Positions 37,767 to 48,169 are shown, counted from the stretch's first letter. The stretch is 64,000 nt of DNA from an uncultured bacterium (GCA_965372795.1 CBDVDR010000002.1:64001-128000), one strand, 5' to 3'. Numbers and translations are program-made. The notes: generated by a model from the letters alone, not told the origin.

Positions 37767-39149
37767 ATGCCAAATATACTTGTTGTCGATGACAAAGATT
37801 CTATGCGCAATATGCTCCAGCAAACCCTTATTGAAGAAGGGCACCGGGTTGATGCTGTTGAGAGTGGCGAAAAAGCACTGGAACTTGTCCAGAATAAATC
37901 ATACGATCTTGTTTTAACCGATTTAAAAATGCCTAATATGGGCGGACTCGAAGTTTTATCAGGCGTCAAGGATGTCGATGCTGACACTTCGGTTATCGTC
38001 ATGACCGCTTATGGAACTATTGAAGATGCGGTTCAGGCAATGAGAAACGGGGCTTATGATTTTATTACCAAGCCTTTTGATACCGAACATCTTTGTGTCC
38101 TGGTAAATAGAGCGATTGAAAACAGACGGATGGTTGCTGAGAATGCTCTGTTAAGAGAAGCCCAGATGGATGATTCGGGGCTGGATCAGATTATTGGTAA
38201 AAATTCGAGCATGATGGAGATAAGCAATTTAATTCGCAAGGTTGCCAAGTCGGATGCTTCGGTTTTACTTCAGGGCGAATCAGGAACCGGTAAAGAACTT
38301 TTTGCCAAAGCTATTCATAAAATTTCTCATCGTGAAGATGGTCCTTATATAGCCATTAATTGTGCCGCAATTCCTCATGAACTGTTAGAGAATGAATTAT
38401 TCGGATCGGAAAAAGGCGCCTTTACGGGTGCTCATGCCAGAAAGATGGGTAAGTTTGAAATAGCGAATGGTGGTTCGATATTTTTAGATGAAATCGGCGA
38501 TATGGATATCTCTTTACAGGCAAAATTATTGAGAGTTCTCCAGCAGAAAAATTTTGAACGACTGGGCGGAACAAAAACCGTTGATGTTGATGTCAGAGTT
38601 ATTGCCGCGACCAATATGGATTTGACCCAGCTTATTAAAGAGAAAAAATTCAGAGAAGATTTATTTTATCGTCTGTCGGTATTCCCGATAACAATTCCGC
38701 CGTTAAAAGATCGGATTGATGATGTCAGAGAACTGGCTGATTTTTTCATCATGAAATTCTGTCGTGAGATGAAAAAACCGTCAAAGTCTTTGTCGAAAGA
38801 TGCTGTCGGAATTTTAGAAAAATATCACTGGCCCGGAAATGTGCGTGAACTTGAAAATACCATGGAACGGGCAGTCATACTCGCCGAAGGCAAAAAAATA
38901 ACGCCCGAACAGTTGGCGATCAGAATCAGACGCACCGATGAGATTCAGTTAAGAGATGGATCGGGATTAAAAGAGATTGGCGCCCATGCCCAGATGGTTG
39001 CTGAAAAAGGAACCATTATCAGAGTGCTCAAAGATGTGCGTGGCAATAAACGGAAATGTGCCAAGGTTTTACAAATTGATTACACAACTCTGTTTGATAA
39101 AATCAAAAAATACGGGGTTGAAAAAGAGATGTACCCCGGTAAAGAGTAG
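37767..39149 (+). CDS. Sigma54-dependent response regulator (NtrC/AtoC family)
   Basis: REC domain, GESGTGKE, GAFTGA, WPGNVRELEN and Fis-type HTH. Confidence 0.95.
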   Translation: MPNILVVDDKDSMRNMLQQTLIEEGHRVDAVESGEKALELVQNKSYDLVLTDLKMPNMGGLEVLSGVKDVDADTSVIVMTAYGTIEDAVQAMRNGAYDFITKPFDTEHLCVLVNRAIENRRMVAENALLREAQMDDSGLDQIIGKNSSMMEISNLIRKVAKSDASVLLQGESGTGKELFAKAIHKISHREDGPYIAINCAAIPHELLENELFGSEKGAFTGAHARKMGKFEIANGGSIFLDEIGDMDISLQAKLLRVLQQKNFERLGGTKTVDVDVRVIAATNMDLTQLIKEKKFREDLFYRLSVFPITIPPLKDRIDDVRELADFFIMKFCREMKKPSKSLSKDAVGILEKYHWPGNVRELENTMERAVILAEGKKITPEQLAIRIRRTDEIQLRDGSGLKEIGAHAQMVAEKGTIIRVLKDVRGNKRKCAKVLQIDYTTLFDKIKKYGVEKEMYPGKE

Positions 39150-39215
39150 TCGTTGTAAATTTGCAGAGCAGTTTTTTTTGTTCTGTGTTTATATATAGAT
39201 CGTATTTTACCTCGC

Positions 39216-39250
39216 AAAATAGCCGCTCCGACACAGGCGGCTATTTTTTT
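39216..39250. terminator. Bidirectional terminator hairpin
   Basis: aaaatagccgc-N9-gcggctatttt with a T-run, between convergent genes. Confidence 0.75.
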
Positions 39251-39309
39251 CACACTTCGTGTGTTTTTATGGGGCGAGGTGAGAACGTCTGCCCCAAAAA
39301 AAAATAAAA

Positions 39310-39954
39310 TTATTTGCCAAAACTATTAATGTAATCTTGCCTTTTTTTAACCCAGTCAATAGTCTTTTTAGAATTCATTGTTTTATAATCATTAATTAAT
39401 ATTATTAAATTATCTTCAATAAATTCTTTTATAGTTTCTTTAAAAGTGGAACGAGGTGTTACTCCATATATAGTTTCTTTCCAAATATTACATGTAACAC
39501 CCGGAAGACCAATAATTTTATTAAATGTATTAGATTGCCGCCTTGAATAAACTAAGTTTTCTGAAACGCTCAAAGTATACATGAATACAATATTTTTAGA
39601 GAGTCTTCCATCCTCAAATTCAGTTTCAAAATAACTTATATTACAATTTAATGTTGGTACATTATATAAACAACTATCATTATATGTCTCTTCGTATGTT
39701 AAATATTCTTTAATTTCATGCTCTTTTAAGGCTAGTCCTATTTGAGATTTAAAGAGAGCTTCTGTGCCAAATTTAACTGGAAATTTATCATTAATAGTAA
39801 CTGTTACAAAGAAGCCATCAACGGCATATAAAGGGATTTCTCTTCCTGAGAACAATTCAGATAAATTAAAACTTTGATCATCTTCCCCAAGTAATAATAT
39901 TGGAAGAAATATAAGCAACCCAAAACTAAAGGCTAAATACTTAACATATTTCAT
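39310..39954 (-). CDS. AT-rich hypothetical exported protein
   Basis: Signal-like N-terminus MKYVKYLAFSFGLLIFLPILLLG. AGGAG RBS. Confidence 0.6.
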   Translation of the reverse strand: MKYVKYLAFSFGLLIFLPILLLGEDDQSFNLSELFSGREIPLYAVDGFFVTVTINDKFPVKFGTEALFKSQIGLALKEHEIKEYLTYEETYNDSCLYNVPTLNCNISYFETEFEDGRLSKNIVFMYTLSVSENLVYSRRQSNTFNKIIGLPGVTCNIWKETIYGVTPRSTFKETIKEFIEDNLIILINDYKTMNSKKTIDWVKKRQDYINSFGK

Positions 39955-40013
39955 TGTGTCACTCCTATATATGTACAATATAAAAAAAAATAATTAATCA
40001 ATCAACTTACATA

Positions 40014-40616
40014 TCAATTTGAGCAATCTTGGTATCCACCACTCGTAAATTCAATTGAGTGAATGAAAGCATTTTTATGGTATCCATATAATGAGATATA
40101 ATACAGTTCTATCTTACCACAACCTGCAATACTTTCTGGGAATCTATTATAATTTCCCGGCATTGGTCTACTTTTGATAAATCTTTCAATTGTACCGTCA
40201 CCAAGGTTTAAAACAATTACTATATTTTGTGCAACAGCATTACCGAAGTTTTGAAGCCTAATTGAAAAGGATGTAGATTGTAAAGGATTTTGAGCAGATC
40301 CGTTTACTGTCGCACTCAAAATAAAACCAGTTACATTTGCAAAACCAATAATTGGAGTTTGATCAATATAAATAGTATCAATTATATAGACATAAAATGA
40401 ATCGGGAGGTGAATATATATTTATTGTATCAATAACAAGAACAGTATCTTGAATATATAATGTATCAATCATCAAGATCGTATCATGAAAAAAAACGGTA
40501 TCAATACTTTCATTAGCTACATTTTTTTCAGGTTCCAATACAGATTTATTAGAACACGAGAATAAAAAAATAAGGAATAGCAATGATAACCCTTTTAGAT
40601 TTATGCTAATAGTCAT
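40014..40616 (-). CDS. AT-rich hypothetical lipoprotein with DT(I/L/V) repeats
   Basis: Lipobox LFSC. Repeats DTVFFH-DTILMI-DTLYIQ-DTVLVI-DTINIY. GAGG RBS. Confidence 0.65.
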   Translation of the reverse strand: MTISINLKGLSLLFLIFLFSCSNKSVLEPEKNVANESIDTVFFHDTILMIDTLYIQDTVLVIDTINIYSPPDSFYVYIIDTIYIDQTPIIGFANVTGFILSATVNGSAQNPLQSTSFSIRLQNFGNAVAQNIVIVLNLGDGTIERFIKSRPMPGNYNRFPESIAGCGKIELYYISLYGYHKNAFIHSIEFTSGGYQDCSN

Positions 40617-40823
40617 ATTTTAAAACCTCATAATACTAATAAATAAAATTGTTTATTTACAGCATAATTATTGAATCTCTTTGTACATATATATGAGCCT
40701 ATTTTTTTATTATCTATTATTTCCCTACTCACACCCTATGCTGTAGATCTCTATCAATTATAATCAATATAGGATATATGTACCGTTTAGTCAATAAATA
40801 ACGATCTCCATCCTACACACAAA

Positions 40824-41235
40824 TGTCGAAACCACAGGGGTTTCGACCTACTCAAGAATAATATTTGAAAGAGTTATCTGTATTGGTCAGGTCTCCAAGA
40901 GAACACACTTCGTGTGTTGATGGGGTAGACGAGATGGCAGGATCACAGGAATCCTGCCCTACAAAGAAAATCAGCTGTCGGGTCACAATTTACCTTTGGT
41001 AAATCAGGACCCAACAGAACACACTTCGTGTGGTTTATGGGGCAGACGAGCACACGAGATGTGGTTGGCGTCTGCCGCCCACGAAACACACTTCGTGTGT
41101 TGATGGGGTAGACGAGATGGCAGGATCCCTGTGATCCTGCCCTACAAAGAAAATCAACTGAACCCTATGGAAGACTGTCGGGTCACAATTTGCCTTTGGC
41201 AAATCAGGACCCAACAGAACACACTTCGTGTGTTT
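40824..41235. repeat. Mosaic REP/BIME-like cluster
   Basis: Two reverse copies of the 49-mer (40974-41021, 41175-41221). Two GGCAGGAT..ATCCTGCCCTAC hairpins. GTCGAAACC..GGTTTCGACCTAC. Four ACACACTTCGTGTG motifs, with a fifth at ~39251. Confidence 0.9.
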
Positions 41236-41457
41236 TTTTTCTGGCGTAGTTTGAAGATGTGTTAATTTCTAAGCCACATTGGGGCAGACAGGGATTTATA
41301 ATAGCTGTAACTTTCTTATTGACAAAAACAGCTTTTTTTCAGAAATTTTACTTTATTGGAGATTCACCTCGGGTACATACATGATTCCTGCCAGGTACTT
41401 CAAGCTCAAGCACCACGATAACGCCTGGCTTTTGTTTTTATTTTTAATAGAGGTTTT

Positions 41458-41979
41458 ATGACTACCTCAATTGTTAACAAGCCAGTATTGCTGCTAAATC
41501 AAAATTATGAACCGTTACAGATATGTTCTGTCCGGCGGGCCTTCGTTTTAGTCTTTCAAGGTAAAGCCGAATTGATCGAAAAAGCTGATGGACTTATACT
41601 TAGAAGCATTTCGAAAGATTATCCGCTGCCTTCGGTGGTGCGACTCTGGCATTATAAAAACGTGCCCCAAAAAACCGTTTTGTTGAGCCGGAAGAATATT
41701 TTTTCGCGTGACTCTAATCAATGTCAATACTGCGGTACTACAAAAGGACCGCTAACTATAGATCATGTCATCCCAAAACGGCATGGGGGAGAAGACACCT
41801 GGGATAATCTGGTTTCAGCCTGTGTCCGATGTAACAGCAAAAAAGGTCATAAAACCCCCGAACAAGTAAATATGCTGCTCCTCAAAGCACCCAGCCGACC
41901 GACATTTATTACCTTTATTCAGCGTAATATACAGATCTCAGACCGATGGCGGCCGTTCCTTTTTATGGACGCCTCGTAA
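41458..41979 (+). CDS. HNH endonuclease (McrA-like standalone family)
   Basis: VLLLNQNYEPL, PSVVRL, RDSNQCQYCG, TIDHVIP..GG..TWDNLVSACVRCNSKKG. Confidence 0.92.
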   Translation: MTTSIVNKPVLLLNQNYEPLQICSVRRAFVLVFQGKAELIEKADGLILRSISKDYPLPSVVRLWHYKNVPQKTVLLSRKNIFSRDSNQCQYCGTTKGPLTIDHVIPKRHGGEDTWDNLVSACVRCNSKKGHKTPEQVNMLLLKAPSRPTFITFIQRNIQISDRWRPFLFMDAS

Positions 41980-42113
41980 GCTCAAGCGGTCTAACGCAGT
42001 AGCCACCCGAAAAAATATAAAACTCTCTGAAGTTTTTAATTGATTTAATTTTGCAATTATTGTAATTTCAGCCCTAATTAGGATAGTTATGTTCTGGCTT
42101 TGGAAAGGCGGAT

Positions 42114-43130
42114 ATGGTCGATACTACTGAGAAAAACGACTCCAAAAAGAAAAAAGAGACAATCCTTTCCGGAATGCAGCCTACCGGATCGCTTCATATT
42201 GGCAATCTTGAGGGAGCTTTACGAAATTGGGTAAAACTTCAGGATGATTACTGGATGTTTACCTGTATTGTGGACTGGCATGCCTTGACGGCGGAGTATA
42301 AAAATCCTTCGATTCTCAAAGATAATATCTATAATATGACAATAGATTTTCTTTCTGCCGGTTTAGACCCTGATAAATGCGCTATTTTTATCCAGTCGGA
42401 AGTCAAAGAGCACGCCGAGCTTCATTTGTTGTTTTCAATGCTGATAACGGTGCCGACTTTGACCCGTCTGCCTACGTATGTTGAGAAAAAAGATTATCTC
42501 GATTCTTACGGTTTTTTGGGGTATCCGGTTTTGCAGGCGGCTGATATCTGTTTGTATAATGCTGATAAAGTTCCAGTGGGGAAAGATCAGGAAAAACATA
42601 TCTGGCTGGCGAGTGATCTGGCTAAGCGGTTTAATTCGACTTATAAAAAGACATTTATTGAACCGCAGGCTCTGTTTACAAAGATTCCTTTGATTCGCGG
42701 CGCTGATAACCGGAAGATGTCAAAGTCGTATGATAATCATATTCCGTTTGAGTATACCGAAAAGCAGACCGAGAAACGGTTAAGATCATTTTATACCGAT
42801 CCGACCAAACTGAGGAAAGGTGATCCGGGTCATCCTGATGAATGTCCGATTTATCTATTACATTTGATCTATACTGAAGATCCTGAAACAGAGATTGCTC
42901 CGGATTGCAAATCGGGAGTATTAGGGTGTGTGGATTGTAAAATGAAATTATCGGCAAATCTTAATGAGGCACTTCGTCCGATCCGCGATAGGCGGGTTGA
43001 ACTGTTAAAACAACCGGATTATATCTGGGATGTTTTGAAGGTTGGCGCTGACCAGGCGCGAGTGCGAGCGCAGAATGTTATGGGGAAAGTTTATAAAGCT
43101 ATGAAAACTAATTATCGAGGCAATAAATAA
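42114..43130 (+). CDS. trpS: Tryptophan--tRNA ligase
   Basis: SGMQPTGSLHIGN, YPVLQAADI, VPVGKDQ and KMSKS. Confidence 0.96.
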   Translation: MVDTTEKNDSKKKKETILSGMQPTGSLHIGNLEGALRNWVKLQDDYWMFTCIVDWHALTAEYKNPSILKDNIYNMTIDFLSAGLDPDKCAIFIQSEVKEHAELHLLFSMLITVPTLTRLPTYVEKKDYLDSYGFLGYPVLQAADICLYNADKVPVGKDQEKHIWLASDLAKRFNSTYKKTFIEPQALFTKIPLIRGADNRKMSKSYDNHIPFEYTEKQTEKRLRSFYTDPTKLRKGDPGHPDECPIYLLHLIYTEDPETEIAPDCKSGVLGCVDCKMKLSANLNEALRPIRDRRVELLKQPDYIWDVLKVGADQARVRAQNVMGKVYKAMKTNYRGNK

Positions 43131-43132
43131 AA

Positions 43133-43939
43133 ATGGATGCACCTGTGAAAAACCAAGACAGCAATTATCTGGTCGACATCACGATTTTCCAGGGACCGCT
43201 TGATCTTCTGCTTTATCTGATCAGGAAGGAAGAGGTCGATATTTATGATATTCCGGTTTCGAAAGTAACCCGGCAGTATCTTCAGTATCTTGAAATGATG
43301 AATACTTTGAATTTGGAAATTGCCGGTGATTATATTTTTATGGCGGCTACTTTGATCAGAATAAAATCCAGAATGCTTTTGCCGCGCGATGAATCGGATA
43401 CCGAAGAAATGGATCCCCGTGAAGAGCTGGTCATGGCTTTGATGGAGTATAAAAAATACAAGGAAGCCGGTGAGATATTCCGTGAACAGGCCGTTATGGA
43501 GGAGCGTAATTTTGTTCCACCGTCACCGGTCGGATCATTTAAGGGGAAAGTTGATTTGACCCCCTCGACTACAATTTTTGATCTTCTGACGGTTTTTAAA
43601 GAAGTGTTAGAAGGACGCACCGAAGAGATTGTGCACCATGTGGATGTAGAAGAAATTTCTATTGAAGATAGAATACAATATGTGATGAACTATTTGAGCG
43701 CGAATGAGTTTGCAACTTTTATAGATTTGTTTAATGACATGCCCAAAAAAATCGTAGCAGTTGTGACATTTATTGCGATATTGGAATTGACCCGTTCGCG
43801 AAGAATTACAATCCGACAATCATTTCCTTTTGAAGAATTGAGAGTTTACCGCGGAGAAGATTTTGACAAGCCGATTAAGGCTATTGATCTTGTCGATGTA
43901 AAAGGAGTTCTTGAAGAGGTGGAGAAAGTATATGACTGA
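43133..43939 (+). CDS. scpA: Segregation/condensation protein A
   Basis: FQGPLDLLLYLI, IKSRMLLP and VVTFIAILEL. Confidence 0.95.
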   Translation: MDAPVKNQDSNYLVDITIFQGPLDLLLYLIRKEEVDIYDIPVSKVTRQYLQYLEMMNTLNLEIAGDYIFMAATLIRIKSRMLLPRDESDTEEMDPREELVMALMEYKKYKEAGEIFREQAVMEERNFVPPSPVGSFKGKVDLTPSTTIFDLLTVFKEVLEGRTEEIVHHVDVEEISIEDRIQYVMNYLSANEFATFIDLFNDMPKKIVAVVTFIAILELTRSRRITIRQSFPFEELRVYRGEDFDKPIKAIDLVDVKGVLEEVEKVYD

Positions 43940-44789
43940 TAATAATGTAGCCATCGTTGAAGCTTTGGTTTTAGCCTCACCGGAACCTATTACGGCAAAG
44001 AAAATTGTTGAGGTTTTGGATGACATGACTTCATCAAAGGTAAAAGATGCGATTGAAGAATTAAACAGCAGGTATTCAGAGACCGGATGCGCCTATCGAA
44101 TCAGAAACATTGCCGGCGGTTTCCAGTTTTATATTATTCCTGAATTCACCGGTTATGTTGAGGAGCTTTTTACCCGGCGGCGTAAAATGCGTTTAACCCG
44201 GGCGGCTCTTGAAGTGATGGCAATAATTGCCTATCGTCAGCCGGTGACTAAAACTGACATCGAACATATCCGGGGGGTAGCCTCGGATGGGGTTATTCAT
44301 AATCTGCTTGAGAAAAAACTAATTACAATGAGAGGTCGGGCTGTTACTGTGGGCCGTCCGTTACAATACGGTACGACTGATGATTTTCTTAAATTCTTCG
44401 GTTTGAATAAACTTGAAGATCTGCCGAAAATGTCTGAAATTGAGGAACTTATCAAAGCCGCCGAACCGACTAATCAGACCGAACTTAATCTATTAGATGA
44501 GATATCTGAAGAAAATAGTCATAAGCTTAATATTGCCGACGGAACTTACACGCCTGAAAAAAGCGAAAAGGTTAACGAAGTTAACGTGGCTAACGAGGTT
44601 AACGACATTAACATGGACAAAGCAGACGACCAGATAGAGGTTGACAAAGGGGATGAGTTGAATGATACTAAGGCGGAAAAAGTTGAAGAAACTAATGAGT
44701 CCGCCGCTGATTTAGATGATTCGGTGGAAGATTCTGAAACAGAGGATAATGCCCATGCGGGAATTATTATTGATATCGACGCGACTTAA
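43932..44789 (+). CDS. scpB: Segregation/condensation protein B with acidic tail
   Basis: LTRAALEVMAIIAYRQPVTK and GRPLQYGTTDDFLKFFGL. Confidence 0.95.
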   Translation: MTDNNVAIVEALVLASPEPITAKKIVEVLDDMTSSKVKDAIEELNSRYSETGCAYRIRNIAGGFQFYIIPEFTGYVEELFTRRRKMRLTRAALEVMAIIAYRQPVTKTDIEHIRGVASDGVIHNLLEKKLITMRGRAVTVGRPLQYGTTDDFLKFFGLNKLEDLPKMSEIEELIKAAEPTNQTELNLLDEISEENSHKLNIADGTYTPEKSEKVNEVNVANEVNDINMDKADDQIEVDKGDELNDTKAEKVEETNESAADLDDSVEDSETEDNAHAGIIIDIDAT

Positions 44790-44841
44790 CAGCTTCGATA
44801 TCAGAATAAGAGCACAATATTTTTAGTCCGGGATCGCCTTT

Positions 44842-45573
44842 TTGATTAGAATAAATAAATATCTTTCGATATGCGGTGTAACTTCAAGACGTGGTGCAGA
44901 GACCCTTATTGCTGACGGCAAAGTTACTCTCAATAATAAAACAATTGAACAGCAGGGTGTATTAATTGATGAAACTAAAGATGTTGTTAGAGTAAACGGC
45001 ACGGTTGTTACCCCTGTTGATGAGAAGGTTTATCTGGTATTTAACAAACCATCCGGTGTCATGACCACGTTGTTTGATCCCTTTAAAAGAAAAACAGTAG
45101 CCAGTTATTTGAAAGATTTTCGGTGTCGGGTTTATCCGGTTGGTCGACTCGATTTTGATACGAATGGAGTTTTACTTCTGACTAATGATGGCGACCTTGC
45201 TTACCGGCTGACTCATCCCAAGTATCAGGTGAAAAGGGTTTATGAGACAAAAGTCAAAGGCAAATTTTTAAAAGAGTCGGCTCTGTTAATTCAAAAAGGG
45301 ATTAAACTCGAAGATGGGGCAATTGGCAAGGCGGTTAAAGTTGATATCCTGCAAGTCAGCAGTCGCTGGTCGCGCCTTCGGATTGTACTGACTGAGGGCA
45401 GGAAGCGAGAGGTTAAGCAGCTTTGTAAAAATGTCGGCCATGCGGTCCTTAGGCTAACACGGGTAGATTTTGCGGGTATCAATGTACGCGGAATGTTGAG
45501 CGGCAGTTATCGAGTTCTTAGTGATCAGGAAGTCAAAAATTTAAAGAAACTGGTCGTTATAAAAGAGAAGTAA
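44842..45573 (+). CDS. rluB: rRNA pseudouridine synthase (RsuA/RluB family)
   Basis: S4 domain, YPVGRLD and LTHPKY. Conserved scpAB-rluB order. Confidence 0.85.
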   Translation: MIRINKYLSICGVTSRRGAETLIADGKVTLNNKTIEQQGVLIDETKDVVRVNGTVVTPVDEKVYLVFNKPSGVMTTLFDPFKRKTVASYLKDFRCRVYPVGRLDFDTNGVLLLTNDGDLAYRLTHPKYQVKRVYETKVKGKFLKESALLIQKGIKLEDGAIGKAVKVDILQVSSRWSRLRIVLTEGRKREVKQLCKNVGHAVLRLTRVDFAGINVRGMLSGSYRVLSDQEVKNLKKLVVIKEK

Positions 45574-45606
45574 AAAAAAACGAGCAAAGAATATCTTTGC
45601 CCGTTC
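45572..45606 (-). terminator. Terminator hairpin between rluB and the ferritin-like gene
   Basis: aacgagcaaaga-ata-tctttgcccgtt preceded by an A-run. Confidence 0.6.
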
Positions 45607-45634
45607 TCAGAAAATTTCAAATTCAATCAATCAA

Positions 45635-46129
45635 TTAATATTCTTCTAAATTATTCCATTCGGCATCAGCCAGCCATTGGGTGGGACGATCTAAAAATTG
45701 AATAACATTTTCCATAGTAACCCAATGTTTATGTTCTTCATCGGCAATCTGGTTGAAAATAGTTTTTTGGTTTTCATCATCAAGTTCTTCCGCTTTTTCA
45801 CGGTAGAAAGCTTCCGATTTTTTTTCAACTTCTTTAGCATGTTCCCAGATCGCTTTAGCTTCTTCAGCAAAGTCCAGTTTTTGATTTTCAGATTTGAGGA
45901 CATCAAAAACATTTTTTACCGAAGTAAAAATAGTAGTTGAGTCAGCTTGTTCGTATTCAGCTTCCAGCCCGTCCCGCATGGCTTTAAAAATATTGTAGTG
46001 TTTTTCTTCATCCGAGGCCAGTTCGAGCAGAATTTCTTTTAGTTTGGGATGTTCGACGGTTTCAGAATGTTTTTCATAATATTCTTTTCCATCGAGTTCC
46101 ATTTGCATGGCAAATTCAAATACGTTCAT
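45635..46129 (-). CDS. Ferritin-like / rubrerythrin family protein
   Basis: Duplicated E...Y...DEEKH / DEEHKH di-iron motifs. Confidence 0.88.
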   Translation of the reverse strand: MNVFEFAMQMELDGKEYYEKHSETVEHPKLKEILLELASDEEKHYNIFKAMRDGLEAEYEQADSTTIFTSVKNVFDVLKSENQKLDFAEEAKAIWEHAKEVEKKSEAFYREKAEELDDENQKTIFNQIADEEHKHWVTMENVIQFLDRPTQWLADAEWNNLEEY

Positions 46130-46289
46130 GATATCTCCAAAAAAAAATTAAAGTTCGTCACTTTGTTGCTAATAAATGAATATACGCATCAGTTTGTCAA
46201 CCGGATAAACAATTTATCTGCAAATTTGTTCCGCACCAGACGTCGATGTCTGAACTTGATAAATTATTATTATTCATTATCTTGGGCAG

Positions 46290-47261
46290 ATGAATTTGAG
46301 AAAGAAATTATTATTATTTATCCTTTGTTTTACCATTTGGGGTTTGATTGTCGTTGCAGACGATAATTTAAAAACCGGAGTAGAAAAAGGATATTTTATT
46401 TATCATTATGATAATGAAGCTTTTATTCCCCGATCTGAAATTAAATTAAACGAGACTCGAATCAAACTTATATCAATCCTGAATGATACCCTGAATTATA
46501 AGCCGGCCGTTTATCTGATTGAAGAACAACAAAGATTTGATCAAATTACGCAAGGGAGGATGCCTGATTGGGGGATTGCGGTAGCTTTGCCGGAACGGAA
46601 GTTGATAGCTTTAAAAGCTCCGGATAAGTTTAATCTGAATCGTTCGCTGGAAGAGTTGCTGGCTCATGAATACAGCCATCTGGCAATCGCACACCGAGTC
46701 GGGTTTCATAGGGTTCCGCGCTGGTTAAATGAAGGCATGGCGATGTATACTTCAATGGAATGGAGCTGGTCGGATAATCTGGCCATGAGCCGGGCGGCGG
46801 TATTTGGACAGTTGTTGAATTTGATTGATATCGAAAAGGTCAATCAATTTTCAGCCGGCAAAGCTCAGCTTTCGTATGCCGAGTCGTATCTGGCGGTTGA
46901 TCATTTTATTAAAGAATTCGGGTTAAAATCTCTAAACATATTTCTTGATCAGATCGCAGCCGGGGAGACAGTAAATAATTCATTTATCACAGCGACCGGA
47001 TATACGTATCAGGAGTTTGATGATGAGTTTAAAGCAAATTTGATGAAACGCTATAACATAGTGAGTTTATTTATGGACACAATTCTATTTTGGTTGTTCC
47101 TTGCCGTATTAGTCATAGTGGGCGGTTTTATGAAGTTTAAAAAACGGCGCGAATATTTTAAGCGTTGGGAAGAGGAAGAAAAATTGCATTCGACCGATTT
47201 TGATTACGGCGACCCTGATAATCCAGAAAAAATTGATGATGACGAACCATGGCGAAGTTAA
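46290..47261 (+). CDS. Peptidase MA-like metalloprotease with C-terminal TM anchor
   Basis: HEYSH...PRWLNEGMA, signal peptide and C-terminal TM segment. Confidence 0.85.
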   Translation: MNLRKKLLLFILCFTIWGLIVVADDNLKTGVEKGYFIYHYDNEAFIPRSEIKLNETRIKLISILNDTLNYKPAVYLIEEQQRFDQITQGRMPDWGIAVALPERKLIALKAPDKFNLNRSLEELLAHEYSHLAIAHRVGFHRVPRWLNEGMAMYTSMEWSWSDNLAMSRAAVFGQLLNLIDIEKVNQFSAGKAQLSYAESYLAVDHFIKEFGLKSLNIFLDQIAAGETVNNSFITATGYTYQEFDDEFKANLMKRYNIVSLFMDTILFWLFLAVLVIVGGFMKFKKRREYFKRWEEEEKLHSTDFDYGDPDNPEKIDDDEPWRS

Positions 47262-48136
47262 GCCATAGATTCGAATATTTATTTGCGCTGGTAATTCAAA
47301 CGATTGCCTGTCTGCTTTCTGAAAAAACTGCGGATGTTTTTGGACGGTATCTGGGGAGGATGGTCTGTTTTTTCTGGGGTTCAAGGAGAAAGATTGCCTT
47401 TGACAACCTTAAAAGTACAATCGGTAAAAATTTAAGCGATTCTGAAATTGATAAAACGGTTCGGTTAGTATTTGAAAATATAGGACAAACATTTATAGAA
47501 GTTGCCCGATTCAAGCTGATTACTCCAAGTCGTGCCCGTGAGATAGTTTCAACCGGCTGGGAAGATTCTTTACGAAAAATACAGGGTGAAGGGAAGGGCG
47601 GGATTCTTTTTACAGCTCATTATGGGAACTGGGAGTTACTCGGACATTTTTTACATGCCGAAGGGTTTAAGACTGATTACCTGGTCGTTACGCAGCATAA
47701 TGTTCTGTTTGATGAACTTCTTGAAAAAGCCCGAAAGTCCGTTGATGTGGAAATCATCCATACCGATAAAAGTATGCGGGGAATCTATCGTTCCTTTGAA
47801 AAAAATAAATTTGTTGCGATAGCTTCAGATCAACATGATCCATCAAAAAGCTTAATAATGGATTTTTTAGGCAAACCGGCTGCGGTTGCGAAAGGGGCGG
47901 CAGTATTGGCGCTTCGGATCGGAGTGCCGTTGATTCCAATTCTTACCCGCAGAGTACGATACGATCAGTTTGAACTGATAACCGATGAACCAATCTATCC
48001 GCCTGATGGCGGGGTGACTGATGAAAACATCAAATTCATAATGAATAAGTACCATGAGTTTTTAGAAAAACAGATCAGGTTATATCCCGGACAATGGCTC
48101 TGGACGCATCGGAGGTGGAAAATAAAGGAACAGTAA
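47249..48136 (+). CDS. Lipid A late acyltransferase (LpxL/HtrB family)
   Basis: TAHYGNWE, SDQ and PGQWLWTHRRWK. Confidence 0.88.
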   Translation: MAKLSHRFEYLFALVIQTIACLLSEKTADVFGRYLGRMVCFFWGSRRKIAFDNLKSTIGKNLSDSEIDKTVRLVFENIGQTFIEVARFKLITPSRAREIVSTGWEDSLRKIQGEGKGGILFTAHYGNWELLGHFLHAEGFKTDYLVVTQHNVLFDELLEKARKSVDVEIIHTDKSMRGIYRSFEKNKFVAIASDQHDPSKSLIMDFLGKPAAVAKGAAVLALRIGVPLIPILTRRVRYDQFELITDEPIYPPDGGVTDENIKFIMNKYHEFLEKQIRLYPGQWLWTHRRWKIKEQ

Positions 48137-48141
48137 ATTTA

Positions 48142-48169
48142 GGCAACTATGTGACTTTTGGAACGTAAA
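48142..48169 (+). promoter_or_regulatory. ECF-sigma-like promoter
   Basis: GGCAAC-N16-CGTAAA directly upstream of the MFP gene. Confidence 0.4.

Noticed and set aside
41458..41979. IscB/Cas9-like RNA-guided nuclease
   Set aside because: Only 173 aa, with no RuvC or PLMP motifs. It matches the common standalone HNH family.
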